Below are positions 1 to 13,568 of a stretch of DNA of 64,000 nt, piece after piece (positions within the stretch are counted from its first letter, which is position 1; every line of letters starts with the position of its first letter). The notes under the pieces were generated by a model. It saw only the letters and a list, made by a program, of their open reading frames with translations. It ran no database searches and was not told the origin of the DNA. The stretch is from Harriotta raleighana (Eukaryota): NCBI GenBank assembly GCA_050575255.1, contig JBNZDD010013683.1, positions 1,462,191 through 1,526,190 of the forward strand, read 5' to 3'. The position numbers and the translations under genes are program-made.

Positions 1-107
1 TCTCTCAGTTTTGACATAAGGTCATCGACCTGAAACGTTAACTCACTTTTCTCTCTCCAAAGCTGCTGCCTGACTGCTGAGTATTCCCAGCAACTTCTGT
101 TTTTATT
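1..107 (+). mobile_element. Terminal-repeat fragment of a Penelope-like element carrying a degenerate minimal hammerhead ribozyme
   Basis: Layout is agtt(7-10), ttgacat (canonical CTGANGA), stem aggtc/gacct (19-23/27-31), gaaa, cgtt, aact(40-43). It is followed by gctgcctgactgctgagtattcccagca, a motif I recall from shark repeats. The window edge truncates it. Confidence 0.55.
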
Positions 108-811
108 AAACATAAATAGATATGTTTGTGGTTCGATGATTATTGATTTTCACAATCCATTTCCTCAAACTACTTTCTTATGCTCTACTCCATCCCTGTC
201 TTTGTCAAATATAGATCAACAATAGTCTAGGAGCTAGTTGAAATTTGCAACTCATTGACTTATTGGGCCTGTATAATAATACTATATATCCTAACAAATA
301 TTCACAGTGACATGTAATTTGAAAGGACATTTCAACATCCATTTGACAAAGTATTCAATTTTATTGCTTTAATATTACCATCACATTTTCAGATTATTCT
401 TGCCAAACCCTTACTGCTATATTGACCATGCAGAAATGATAGTAGCCCAAACATTCAACTTCACTGCAGAATTCACAGGAATAAGCTTGTTATAATTCAA
501 CAGAGCATTTTGATAATTGTATTGACACAAACCCAATAAAAGGACCAATCTCACAAAACAACTGCTGGAGAGACATTATGGCATAACGTTTCATGTAATA
601 TTATGGAAAAGCAGGCTATAAAATTATTGGAGGAGAAAAAATCTTTTAATCTGGATGGATCAAAGAGGTTTGCAATTTCCTCAAATGCCTGAAAGCTGCA
701 ATATTTCTTTTGAAGTGATGTTCCACCTCTTGAGACTTGTCTGCAGGGATTTTCATGTGTGTGTTATTATTTGCTTCCTTTTAATCCCGTGTAAATCCAA
801 TGATCTTTCAG

Positions 812-836
812 GGTGAGGCTTGTGGAGGAAAGGAAC
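812..836 (+). CDS. Candidate 25-nt microexon (GEACGGKE+1), unidentified
   Basis: Acceptor atctttcag with an upstream pyrimidine run, donor AAC|gtgagt. No homology recognised. Confidence 0.15.
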
Positions 837-1289
837 GTGAGTTTGCTGTGTTGAGTCACACGAGTATTTGGACAGCATACTACCCAATTGCACTTGTGTG
901 AATGGAGAGGCTCAAAATACAGGCAAAGAAATATGAAGGCCTCTTAAAACTGATGTTGAATGTCTGAAAGGGGTCTTGCTAAGATGTTGCAATGGAAAAT
1001 TAAAACCTTGTGTGTTAAGTCCTGGATGCTAAACCTTTTTTGAGCTACAGTGTGACAATGGCAAATTGAAACACCTTCAGCGAATGTATTCCAAAAACAC
1101 AAAATATAATTCTGTTCCCCCTTCAGGATTATATCACAATTTGGCCAACAAAAGCATTTCAAATTTCCTTCACCAAGTGCACGTAGGTAGGCAATCAGAA
1201 TTTTTAACGTTGTATACATATCGGGAAAAAATATGTTCTCTGCTGATTGCAAATTGCCTCAATCCAAGGATACTCTGATAATAATGCCC

Positions 1290-1550
1290 TTGACACTCGA
1301 ATAAGTAAAGACACTTGAGAAAAGGATGTTTCTCCCAGCGTCCTGAACACCAATTCTTCAGATAAAATTGATGGTTCATTAAACAGCTGTTTGTGGAATA
1401 TTGCTGCGCCACAAATTGGCTGCCACATTTGCCTACCACAACAACAAATTGCCTTCATATAACAACAGAAGGTCACTGTATTTACCAGTAAATCATATGA
1501 AGCACTTTGAAATGTCTTAACAGCACTGTAAGGCAAATGTATGGATTATT
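1290..1550 (+). mobile_element. Old, diverged Deu-domain SINE fragment
   Basis: Deu-like core gctgtttgtggaatattgctgcgccacaaattggctgccacattt plus a degraded tail gaagcactttga...ggattatt. Confidence 0.65.
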
Positions 1551-2141
1551 GCAATGCTGAAAGGACCTTTTAACTGAGAGGAAATACTGTATATATATTT
1601 TTAAGTATAGGTGATATTTTCTGAAGCAAATACTGTAACTAGACTATGACATATGACTTGTGGTGAACTGACAAACAAATGTAATTCTTAAGGTTTTTTT
1701 CTTCAGACCATATAATTTTTGTGTGTACTTCTTATCAGGTCCTCCATAGAGTTACGATATTTAATCTCTCTGTGAACTCATTCCATTTTGGAATTATATT
1801 GGTGTCTTTCGCTCTGCATCTGTTTCTGCAAATAATTTGTCAATGTTTCATTGAGAAGGGAACTATAATTCTATTCCTGAAAAAAACTATTAAAAAAATT
1901 GTTTATTGGTAGTCGTTGCTTCCTATGATTGTTTGTAAACAATTTATTGCAATTGCATCTTTAATATTTGTTATTTTCTGGCCACTACAGTTTAACCATT
2001 TGCTGTACTATAGAGAAATAAATCGTTTGAAATATGCTTTTCGACTCATTCTCATTTTGTGAATAAAAACGCAAGTTTAGTTCCTTCTGCATTGGAGTAG
2101 AACATCTCTGTATTCCAACCAGTGAAATGACCTGATGTTAT

Positions 2142-2450
2142 AATGATAATAATTCTTGCATTTGCTTTTCACGTCTTCTAGACATCTCAAAGCACTTCAC
2201 AGAATATAGTGTAAAGTGAATTGACTATATTTGTAGACAAAAAGCGGCAGCCAATTGCACACTGCAATATCCTACAAGTAGTCATGGATTGAAATGACTA
2301 ATTTATTATAGTTTTTCTTGGGACAACTTATTATTGGGCATGTGTGTGAAGTAAGGAAACAGGGTTTCGCTCTGACCTGCCTGGATTCGAAACACAGGTC
2401 TCACGCTTGAAATGCGAGTTCTCTTTTCACCACTGAGCTATAAGACTCCA
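2142..2450 (-). mobile_element. tRNA-derived Deu-domain SINE (main young family), near full length
   Basis: Reverse complement shows A-box tagctcagtgg, B-box ttcgaatcc, caattggctgcc core and the tgcaagaattattatc tail. Matches the copies at 13226 and 49211. Confidence 0.9.
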
Positions 2451-4379
2451 TTCCATGATACAATATTCTACTCCGTAACAGAGTGAAAGTACCTTTGTTG
2501 AAAGAATTGCACGCAAGATTTTTAAAAAATCATTCATTTTGCCGAGGTGTACAGAAACTATTTCAGTCTTGCGTCTCATTGTATTTCTGAAATGATGAGG
2601 AGCAAGAAAATTATAAAACTTCACCGTACTAGCAAGAGTCATTGTCAAATCCCAAAAGGCTTAATTACCGAATACAGTTATTCAGAATTGATATGTAAAG
2701 ATTAACTTCATTTGTGTTATCGTGTGTTTTTGTAGTAAAAACAATTAATTCTAGCAAAAAAAAATGCTTACTGGACAAAAGCAAAAATAAACAATGTACT
2801 TAAGGATTTTTTTGCTTCCCTAGCTTTTCCAATATATTCTGCACATAAATCATTTGCTTTAACTAATGAGAGCAAGAACTTCACATTGACTTACTTGACA
2901 CCCCTTTTTAGGTAAACACAAATTACAAACATGTATTTATGTTTGCCCTTTGAGAAGACATTCATTAGTTGATCTGCAATTAAGTTATTTTTACTGAGGG
3001 AAATGACTTAATGTGAAAACGCCGATCTGTGTGTCATTGTGTGTAAAACTGAGAGTGTTAAGTATTCAGATACCTCACTGGTGTAGATAATAAATGTTTC
3101 CATAAATAGATATAACAATCATGGTGCAGTTCAATTAATTCCAATTGTGGTCAAGTTCACAGTTGCTTTGTGAGATCTTGCAACTATTCGCTTGTGATTA
3201 CACTAATAATATAAAAAGATTGACCAACCACCCCCCACCCTCCTACCCCGCCCCCATCCCCATATCAACCAGTTTGGCAGGTTCTAGAGTTAAAAACTAC
3301 ACACAGCTGCTCCTAGAGTAATAGATGTATAATAACATTGCTGTAATATTCATAATCTTCCTATCCAAGTTTCTATCCAAACACAATTAAAATGCCGAAA
3401 TTATACCAATTATAAAATCACATTATTGCAATTTGAATTAAAGAATGAGTCACAATCAATTTAGCCATCAGCCCATCACATTGTTTCTGAGGTAACAGCA
3501 AATATGTTTGAGAAACGATTTGCGAGGAATTAAGCAATAAATGAAGACAGCTGGGGAGGAACGGATTAAGGGATCTATCCTCATCATAAGGAATGGATTC
3601 TGTTCTCCAACGGATCTATAATACATCTTATCAGCAATTTTTTTTCCATCAAATTGTTTCATTGTATGACGGGTACAAACTCAGGCAAGACTAAATGAGA
3701 AAATGGGTGTTTATGATTGGTCTCAACCACCATTTTTTTTATTGATTGTGTGATCCCGTGCTAAACCTGACTTTGGTTGTCATAAGGTATGTAGAAATAC
3801 AAACGTGAGGTTCACTGACGTTATTAGTTTCGAACCTGTTTCTCATTTGGCACAGCTAAAATTTCAAGATGTAATTCCATTTTGCATCCGACCATTCAGA
3901 ACTTGCCTTCAAGTCATCCAAGACCTCGGTTTAATTCAAACGTACTGTGAACAATCCATTTTACTGATTACCTTTTAGGCAATGCATCATAGTTGGATGT
4001 GAATCTCAGAACTTGACTTGGGTAACCGCCACGTGATTGAGAAAAGTTTTGCAATGTTGTTTATCCATGTGTTCCACATGGCATGACTGCCAGTTTGAAT
4101 TAAACTACTGTTGATGTTAATCCATTGTTGCTTTTTAATGCGTTATGCCATTGCACTGTAGTTTGAATTTGATCCATTTATCCAGCAAAATGCACATACC
4201 TGATGTTGTTGCTTATTTTAAGTGATGAGTTTTTAAACTCTGCTTTGAACTGTCATTAATTCTTCATTGCTGCTCATATACCCAGTTTCTGCTTTGCTGC
4301 AGTGTCAGAATAATGCAAAATGCTTTTTACTCGTGAAAATAATATCTAGGAATCCCGGAAAACATCCTTTATGAATTAG

Positions 4380-4632
4380 AGAGGATAGGAGAGAGGCCGA
4401 AGGCACAGTAAAAGAGTAGGGTCTCGAGGCATGCCTTCAAGGAGGTAAGAGAGGTAGCAGAATTTTGAACTTGTTTCTCTGAGGGCTGGGGAGCCAGTGG
4501 AGCCAAGCGAGGGTGGATGTAATGGCGTCATGGAGCCTCGGGTGAGAGATGACATGAGCTGTAGAGTTCTGGATGTTCTGCAGCTTGTGGAGGGAAGATT
4601 TGGGAAGGCCGACAAGCTGGGCATTGGCTTAG
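4380..4632 (-). mobile_element. L2-clade LINE ORF2 C-terminal fragment
   Basis: Minus strand translates ANAQLVGLPKSSLHKLQNIQNSTAHVISHPRLHDAITSTLAWLHWLPSPQRNKFKILL, matching the L2 pattern LQxIQNxAA...LHWLP...FKIL. Confidence 0.85.
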
Positions 4633-5984
4633 TAGAACATTTTATATCAATGTCTATTCTGTCGGACTCTATTTTTTTGATCTTCCTCAGACCTTCGTTA
4701 ATGGAGACCACCAGTGACTTCAGCATCTTAGCTCATGAGCAATATATTTCAATGCAGCATTAATGAAGGCACCAAAGTAAAGTTATCAATTGTTTCTCAG
4801 TTTTTTTTAATGAAAATGTTCCAAATAATAAACTTCAAAAGCAAAGGATCCATCTTGTGTGGAACCGCAAGAATGATGTGAGTTCCCTCCACAAGATCCA
4901 CATTGCCTTTGCAGGTTATATCTACTGACACTGCTGCTCCGCTATTTCTGGTAGGGGATGCAGTTCTCTCGGGCCAATCTATGTCTGGTCTTTATTCTCC
5001 TGGTTCACGTTCTGCTTGAAGCAAGAGAAAACATCCCCACCTACCATTCCAGCGCATAACTGATAAGGAACAAAGATGGTCAAGTCAAATAGCTTTAAAA
5101 CTTAAAATTTAAATTGTGATCCATTTTGCTGCGAAATCCAAGCTTTGTTTGGTCTAATTCTACACCAAATAAATCTCAGAAAGAATTAGAAAAGAAAATC
5201 ACAGCAATTTTTTACAGTCAGAACCCTGTTAAAAGTTTCCTCTGGAAGTGACTCTAATTTTCAATTTCAGCTGGTGAATAAAGTTACCCTATGGCATAGG
5301 AAAGGTTAATTAGAATTTAAACACGACAAAAGCAACGTTACATTTCATAACATAATGAAATCTTCTATGAGTAAATTAAAGTCGACAGTAACTGCTTTTT
5401 CAACCAACTTACAACAGCGAAGGAAAAATGATCAGGGGTTGCTATAAAGTTGTATTGCAGCTCCTAATTCCTTAAACACTGTGAACATGATGGAATTAGG
5501 ATGGAGCGAAAAACCCAAACCTTAGACAAGGATTAACAAAAGAGTAAATTAGAAATGGAAATCGCATACAGTGCACAGGGCTACAGAAGATTAAAGTATG
5601 TGGTGCCAGATGATGGTGTCCTTGAAGAAAAATTACTGCAAAGCAAATGATCTGAGAATTTTAATGAGACATTATGCAGGCAGTTTTGCAAGAGTGGCTC
5701 TTTGTAAAAGTTTCTGCCTGTAACAAATGTTTTATAAAATTGCGGTTCACAGCTTGTGCAAGAAAGCATTTGGAAAACATTTTTTTAAACATTTTTGGCC
5801 GGTCATCTGGATTGGGTTACCAGAAAGGGTGTTTGAGGTCAGGATATCAGAGTGATTATCTTACTATAATGGGAAGACAATTGGGTCAGTAATCTGGAAG
5901 AATGATATCAAACAGGCTAAAGGGTCTTTGGCATCCAATCTCTGTGAGTGAAATCCATTCTCTGATAGAACCTGATGCCTGCCT

Positions 5985-6172
5985 GGCCCCAAATCCCTCC
6001 AATATAAATTAGAGATTCATTCCACAGCTGTTTGTGGGATATTGCTATGCACAAATTGGTTACCACATTCGTCTCCAAATTACAGTGTCATTGTACTTTG
6101 CAGTAAACTATGCAAAGTGCTTTGAGACATCGTCCTTACGTTAAAGGTGCTGTATCAGTTACAAGGATTGTT
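5985..6172 (+). mobile_element. Old Deu-domain SINE fragment
   Basis: cagctgtttgtgggatattgctatgcacaaattggttacc core and aagtgctttgagac...aaggtgctgtatc tail. Confidence 0.65.
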
Positions 6173-8082
6173 TTAATTACAATCAATAAGCCCCGAAGAG
6201 ACATTCCAGACAATTAAGTAATTTAGTGTTTGCTTCAATTTATTTGTTTCCTTTATTTTAATGAAATTCTTTAAATAACATAATATAATTTTTGTTTGTG
6301 AATGTGGTGCTCATCAACATGAATGCTGTCTTGAATGCTGAAGACAGTACAATTATGTCACCTGTTTCACCAAGCGTAACAAACATCTGGATCAGGTTAC
6401 CTCACACACATTATTCACCCCTTCTCCAGGTCAGATTCAACAAGTCATGGAGAGGGAAAGGCACCTTGCACCAGAAAATACAGCAACAGAGAATACAGTA
6501 GTGATTCTTCTCAATGTGAGCAGGAAAGCTTTACATGTCGTCAGTAAGTTACTTGGTCACATGTGTACCAATGCTATCCTCACCACTGTCTGAACCTCTG
6601 TGCACCTCCCACAGGAATAACAATAAGGAAAAGGAATCCTAGCCATGTTTGCCCTCAATGGGGATATGAAGGATAATTGTGCTGTCTAAATGCTCAGAAG
6701 TGAGTGAAAGTAGCACAGAAAAGGGAGGAACCTCCTCTCTAATCAACACATCAAGACGTCACAATCAACGCACATATCAATTTGATATTTTCTGTACTTT
6801 TCTATGGATTCTCTCTTTATATTTTTTTATAAAACTGTACACTGGGAGGCTGTGTGCCATATACTGTACTCACATTGTCGGAGGTCATAATGTTGTGATT
6901 CTCAGTCATAATGTTGAAACTTATTTCACTTAGGACTATTAAGAATATGACCAATAGATTAAAGGAATTTTTATTGCATCTGCCTGGCCTGATTTAAACT
7001 CAGATATCAGAAGTGAAAGGATAGAGTCCTGACCTATTATTATATGTGGCTCCCTAAACATGCCTATAGATTGATTAAAAAATAAAATAGATTCTTGCTT
7101 GGTCTCCTGAGGAGAATTAATAATGTGGAAGTAGGCCAATTACTGCTGCAGAACAAATGTGCAGAATTATTATTCAATGGCCTTGTGTATACTAGGGACA
7201 ACTGAACATAACATTAAAAACATTCAAGTCCCTTAACTCATATAATTATTCAGCAATCTTTCATAAATTTTAAAGCAAAATGTACGTTTGTAAGTGCAAC
7301 AGAAGCAACAACCACTTTTAAGAATAATTTCTTTGGGTTTTAGGCAAAAAAAATTTGAATTCCTTTGAGATTATTATTAGATTTTGATGTTAGTCAAATG
7401 CAGTATAATTCTCAGAGTTTGGCTTTTGACTGCCTCTATTACCTTCATAGAAAAATCAGCAGTGTGCATTCAAAGCAAGTGCAGTGGTGAATATAAACAT
7501 GTCTTTCAGAGAAACCTTTGGTACCAAAGGTGTGGAATATACTTTCAGAATTTATTTACCAGAATATTAAAATAATAAGGTTACATTGGGCTAGTGCTTT
7601 TTTCATCAGGAGGGCTCTCTCTTTTTCAAGTATTTCAATATGAGAATCAACACAAGATTTTGATCATTTCAGACAGCAAAGGATTGACAGTTGAGACCAA
7701 CTTCTTCCCTTTACTGGGCAATGACCTCATTTTACTTAATTACCCAAACTTGATCATTTCCTTCTATTCACGCTAATCATATTCTGAATGTGTTTTGCAG
7801 CTGGTAGTGGGTTTTGTTGTAAAAACTAGGGAGAGAAATTCCATGTGCGTCCAGATTTATTCTAGTCATCCAGCATTGCAGAGCATCCAGAATTTAGCAA
7901 ATCACTGAATTCAGTCTTAACTTTGAAATCCATTTACTGTATGTTTCTTTTTTTAAATTACAGTATAATGCCTTAAAAATGAAAGTTATTTTCAAAAACA
8001 TTTGTGCCAAATTTAGGATGTTCTACAATTTGTATACATGTCCAGGAAGAGTCATTGATGTCAAGTCATATATGTTCCTTTG

Positions 8083-8401
8083 TGGAGTCCCACAGCTCAG
8101 TGGTTAGAGCATTCACCTAATAAGACTGAGACCTATGTTCGAATCCAGGCAGGTCAGGGCGAAACCTTGGGCAAGCTTCCTTACTCCACATGCCTGATAA
8201 TAACCTCCAAAAAAACACAGTCATAAAAAATTAGTCATTTCAATCCACGATTGTTATGGGGACACTGTTGTGCTCAATTGGCTGCCACGTTTCGCCCACA
8301 AATACACAGTCAACTCACTTTACAATATATTCTGTGAAGCACTTTGAGACGTCTAGAAGATGTGAAAAGCGCTATATCAAATGCAAGGATTATTATTATT
8401 A
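8083..8401 (+). mobile_element. tRNA-derived Deu-domain SINE, full length
   Basis: agctcagtggttagagc A-box, gttcgaatcc B-box, caattggctgcc core, aaagcgctatatcaaatgcaaggat(tat)n tail. Confidence 0.92.
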
Positions 8402-9511
8402 CGCATGTGCCCCATTCCTAAGTACAGGAACTGATGCAGCATCAAACTGACAACCCAAGATGAGCCCATATTTTCAGATTTCATTCACGAAGCGGGTTCC
8501 CAATTATTGGTTCAGAGTCGACTACCTTCGGCGATTTGGAATTCTCTTACACATTCAAGTAATTTGCAATGACACGCAGAATGATACAGTGAATTGTAAA
8601 AGGGGTAAATGAATGAGACGGATAATTTCATTTCGATTTTGCTTGCTTTAATTATTCATCCAGCTACATTTTTTATATGGGATGTTTAGGAGATCATTCC
8701 CTGATGTGTCGAAAGATGACAGGGAAATTCGATTTCTCTTACCTGTTCGCAAAATAGCTCACCGCAAAACTAACCTTTGTTTATTAATAAGGTTTGCGTG
8801 TGTGTTAATCAAGTGATTTATTGTGTAGCAGATTCGGCTGATTACCATACTTCTTCTAAAGCCCGCACCAGTTTCTTTCAGGTTTCAAGTTTATCTGTTA
8901 CTTCAGTGTCACTAGACACATTTCTTATGCCCTAATTGTGAATCAAATTCTAAAAGTAATAATTGACCTCTGTAGATTCCAGCAGTGAAAGTCAAATCTG
9001 ACTTAATATTGGTTGCTTTACTTCTGTATTAGCAGTGCTGATGCCACAGTGCCTCACAGTGCCTCTCTCTCTAAAAAAAAATATACAGGACACTGGTTTT
9101 CTTGTGCTTAGAGATAGGAGATTTGGTGGTTTATGAACCACAGCTATAAATACAGAGCAAATGGTATAACTGGAGCATTGGCGGCAGAGAGATGACTCAC
9201 ATTGCAATTTCCACAGAAACTTAATTTGTAACATAATTCATACAATCATCCCTTCCTTGTGGGAATTAAAAAGATACTACACATGGATACACTGAGCAGT
9301 CTGCCTATAAGAGATTCTGGCCCAGTGTTTGCCCAGTGAAGGAAACAGCTTCAAGTCCCTGAACAACATTAACCTTTTCTGAGACGGAGGTAGAGTCAAT
9401 GCTGTAGGATTCCTGACTCCCAAAGAGAAGATTTAAACACTTGTGTGAAGCCAATATACATTACTGCAGAATAAGCATTGCAGCACATAAAGCAGACTTT
9501 AACTTTACCCA

Positions 9512-9592
9512 TTAAAGCGCTTTGGGACGTCGATAAGATGTGGAAAGCGCTATATAAATCTAAGGATTATTATTATTATTATATTTATTATT
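9512..9592 (+). mobile_element. Isolated SINE/L2 3' tail
   Basis: aagcgctttgggacgtcgataagatgtggaaagcgctatataaat followed by (tat)n. Confidence 0.8.
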
Positions 9593-9693
9593 GAGCCAGT
9601 CTCTCAGCAAGTTCATTTTATCACATACAGGATTACCCAATTCAACCAATATGTTCACGTGTAAAAAGTAACAATGCCTTGGAGCAGACAATA

Positions 9694-10000
9694 TACTACT
9701 ACTAATCCATGCATTTGATATAGTGTTTTTCGAGATGTCTCAAAACGCTCCACAGAATATACTGTGAAGTGAATTGACTGTATATTTGTGGGCAAAATGC
9801 GGTAGCCAATTGTCACAGCAGAGACCCACAAACAGTCGTGGATTGAAGTGACCAATTTATTATTGATTTTTTTTTCTTGAGGAATTATTATCAGACATGC
9901 GGAGTAAAGAAACATGTCCAAGGTTTCTCTCTGCTGGGAATCAAACCCAGGTTTCTCTCTTGCAAAGCAGGTGCTCTAACCACTGAGCGACCGGACTCTA
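9694..10000 (-). mobile_element. tRNA-derived Deu-domain SINE
   Basis: Reverse complement of the family, with head gctcagtggttagagcac, core and tail. Confidence 0.9.
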
Positions 10001-11270
10001 CAAATAAATAACTACTACTGTTCTACTTTTTAAAACAGATCTTTCCAAGTTCCGTCTGACAAGCCACAGTTATGATAATAAGCAACAGAACAACTATAAA
10101 ATTATATTTGTATAGTCCCATTCACATTGCGGTGACAAGCGGAACCAACATCATGTGGCTTGGTCTATTGCTCCCCTTAAAAACATTTATTTTAAATTGG
10201 ATTGGATTGTCCCCTATTCTTTATGTGTCGTTCACAATGATGTGTGCAGCTAGGCTCTTGTACTTCTCTGTCTTCAAGGAACAAACTTAAACTTAAAATA
10301 AATATCCTTTCCCTTTCAAATACTCCCTATCAGTGTTCCCAAGACCACCTTCAGGGACCTGATAATAACACTGAAATCCCAGTGCATTCAGCAATATCTT
10401 TATCATTCAATCAGCATGGAAACATTTTTAGTTTTACACTTCAGAAGGCACAGGAGTGTTAGAATATGAACGTAAAAATATTTGCATAAAAATAAGGAGG
10501 CCAGGGGATATGGGAATGAATGCAGAAATTTATCTCTGTTATTATTCACTTACAGTTCACAATCTCAAACAATAACAGTGACTTCTCCATCCTCAAATTC
10601 TGAAGAATATTAATTACTAGGTTTTGGACCAAATCAACAATTGTTCTTTCACTCCTGAATCGTTCGATCGCTGCTGATGAATACTGAGCAGACCGTTTTG
10701 AAAATAATTTTAAATGATTCTAAGAATGTTTCACACAAGTGGAAAGACAAAGAGAACATTTGCGAAGAGTAAGCTTGTGATCACTACAAAGAACAAGGCT
10801 TTCATGAAGGCAATGTCAGACTTAGTTACTTATCTTAAAGTTATTTATCCCAGGTGGATTGCTTCATTAAATGAGCTAGTCTTGTAAAGTTCAAAAAAGA
10901 AGTAAATGGAACAAACGTAGCACATCAATGGGCTGGATAGAATGGGAATTAATCATCCTTATTTCATATGATCAGACTCTTCTTATGGATAGTACTGTAT
11001 ACAAAAATAAAAACAAATTACACATGTATACCACCTTTCAAGTCGGGAAGACTTCCCAAGGAGCTGATCATTATAATCATGATAATCCTGACCTGAGGAA
11101 AACTCTCCAACTCCTTATTCACAGCATTTCATGATGAAACTGCAATGGAGTGCTCTTGAGTTAAGAGAGTTGATTTCTGATTACGTGCACAACGCTTTGA
11201 ACTGGAACGCTGGGTTTGCTTCAGAATTTCTCCAAATTATCTCTTAAAACAATTACCTAGTTATATGTTG

Positions 11271-11508
11271 TGGAGACCTGCTGCTCACAAGCAAGAGATC
11301 TGAGTTCAATTCCGAATAATAATACCTAAAAAAAATTGGACATTTTCAACCCACAACTGTTTGTGGGACACTGCCTGTGCCCAATTGGCTTCCACATTTC
11401 GTCCACATATTCAGTGAATTCACTTTACAATATATTCTGTGAAGCTCTTTGAGACGTCTAAAAGACGTGAAAAGCGCTATATCAAATGCAAAGATTATTA
11501 TTATTATT
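11271..11508 (+). mobile_element. Internally deleted Deu-domain SINE
   Basis: Degraded head, ctgtttgtgggacactg...caattggct core, intact tail. Confidence 0.85.
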
Positions 11509-13225
11509 TGCACCTAACCTCAATGAATCATTCATATTCCAACTGAATCCGAATGAAAAATGTTACCATTTAGAATTGTGAAATGTAGGTGAGATGTATT
11601 AGATGGACAATGTTTAGTCACTGAGTTATGAAAGCATGGTATGTGTTGAGCAAGATTTATCTATTTCTGTCACACCTAGTTCAAAAATTCTGGATGAGGA
11701 GTGATTCCAAGTCAAATATTTAATTTGAGTCAAATATATTTCCGAAATCTTTGGGATTATAAGGTTTCTTTTCAATATTAAAGTAATTGTGCTGAAAAAT
11801 AAGGCAACGAAAATTGTTCCCGTTCAGGAAAAGCATCACTTTTACCCAGTGAATACTGAGAAGGAATCAAAGGTAATAACTTCTTTGTGACAATAAGCTA
11901 AGAAATACTGTACATGGAATGATGTTCAAACTGATGGCACGCATTGTAACCACGGTCATTTCTTCAATTACATTAAAAATGATCCTTTGAAAACTCATGG
12001 GCCATGTATTCTATCACTTCAGATCATTGAACAGACCACATGAGTACAGCGCAGGGAGCAATCAATTCACACTGATGTAATGAAAATATAGTCTTGAGAA
12101 ACTCAATGTTCCACAATCCAACTTCTAAAGGTCTAAGGAACGGAGCACCAGGATTATCAATGATTAACAATGACGCAAGCCCAATTTATTCTGTGTGTTT
12201 CACTGCAACTAATGCAGTATTAACTCAGTATAAAGGTTTGGTGTGCATCAACATGCTAAGTTAACAACAATAACAAAATAATTACTTCAATGTGCCTTTT
12301 GGTGACCACCATAAACTCAATTTGTATTTTATTGTTACATTGCAGCAGGAAACTCAGGGAAATTATAGGTTAATTTGCTTTTGTTATGTGGTTGTTTTTA
12401 TTTTAAGAAATGTCATGTTCTTTATGAAACAAAAGCTTGTATGTAAAGTATAACAGGTAGATAGGAATGAGTTAAAGGCAACATTTTGCCAAGGGCATTC
12501 AAACGGCTGTCACAAACTATGAATTAAAGGCAACATTATAATGAGGAATTTGATCATGTCACAAACTTTATTAAATACATAATGAAAATGAGCCGTTTGG
12601 TTAATGATCTGCATTTTATTTAATGGAATCAAGGCTTCTAAGTACAAATAGAGGTGATCGAGATGTTGTATGGAACATAATGGTTAGTGGGCTCCTGGGA
12701 CCGATGGACATGTCATGCTGAGAAAGACAACTGGTCAAAGACATGCAAATGGGGATGTAAGAGTGGATAATTGCTTGATGAAATTTCAGAAAACCGGGAG
12801 CAACTTTGCAGAACTTTCACTCAGCAGATCAGGTACAAAGAGTCCACAGCACGTTTGGTTGTAAAAGTTCCGTCTTATATCTTTTCATATCTTTCGATAT
12901 ATTCCCAGTTTGCAGTCCATATTTCAAGCCTCGATTGCATAAACTGAAAATGCATGTTTGTAATGCACATGTTCAGCATTAGAACCGAGACCTTGAGCCT
13001 ACTGAACAGGAGCTGCCATATTAGGACTGTTTAATGCACTGAAGGAAATAAATCTCTAGCTGGTAAATTCACCAATCCTGTTGGCACGTGTTTTTAATGG
13101 GGGAAAATCCCATGTGAAGTATAGATTGCCAAGGTTAGTTACGTTACTGACAGGAGGAAATGTGTGTCCTAGGAAGCATCTGCATATTTTGATAATTCCC
13201 TCAGAATCCATGCATAATCCATCCA

Positions 13226-13568
13226 GGAGCTCCTGTGGCTCAGTGGTTAGAGCACTCGCCTTACATGCCTTACAAGCATAAGACCTGTGTTCGAATCCAG
13301 GCAGATCAGGGCGAAACCTTGGGCAAGTTTCCTTACTCCACATGCCTAATAATAATCCCTCCAAAAAAAACCACAATAATAAAATTGGTCATTTCAATCC
13401 ACGACTGTTTGTGGGGGACACTGCTGTGCGCAATTGGCTGCCGCGTTCCGCCCACAAAAAATATATTCAGTCAATTCACTTTACAGTATATTCTGTGAAG
13501 GGCTTGGGGACGTTGATAAGATGTGAAAAGCGCTATATCAAATGCAAGGATTATTATTATTATTATTA
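13226..13568 (+). mobile_element. tRNA-derived Deu-domain SINE, young full-length copy
   Basis: ggagctcctgtggctcagtggttagagc...gttcgaatccaggc...gcgcaattggctgccgcg...(tat)n. CpGs are retained and there is a small gccttaca duplication in the head. Confidence 0.93.

Noticed and set aside
12470-12570. Degenerate tandem duplication of about 50 bp (ttaaaggcaacatt and gtcacaaact each twice)
   Set aside because: An ordinary old local duplication with no further structure.
13226-13305. tRNA-like sequence with A and B boxes (also at other SINE heads)
   Set aside because: There is no complete cloverleaf or acceptor stem, and it is always fused to the SINE body. These are SINE heads, not tRNA genes.
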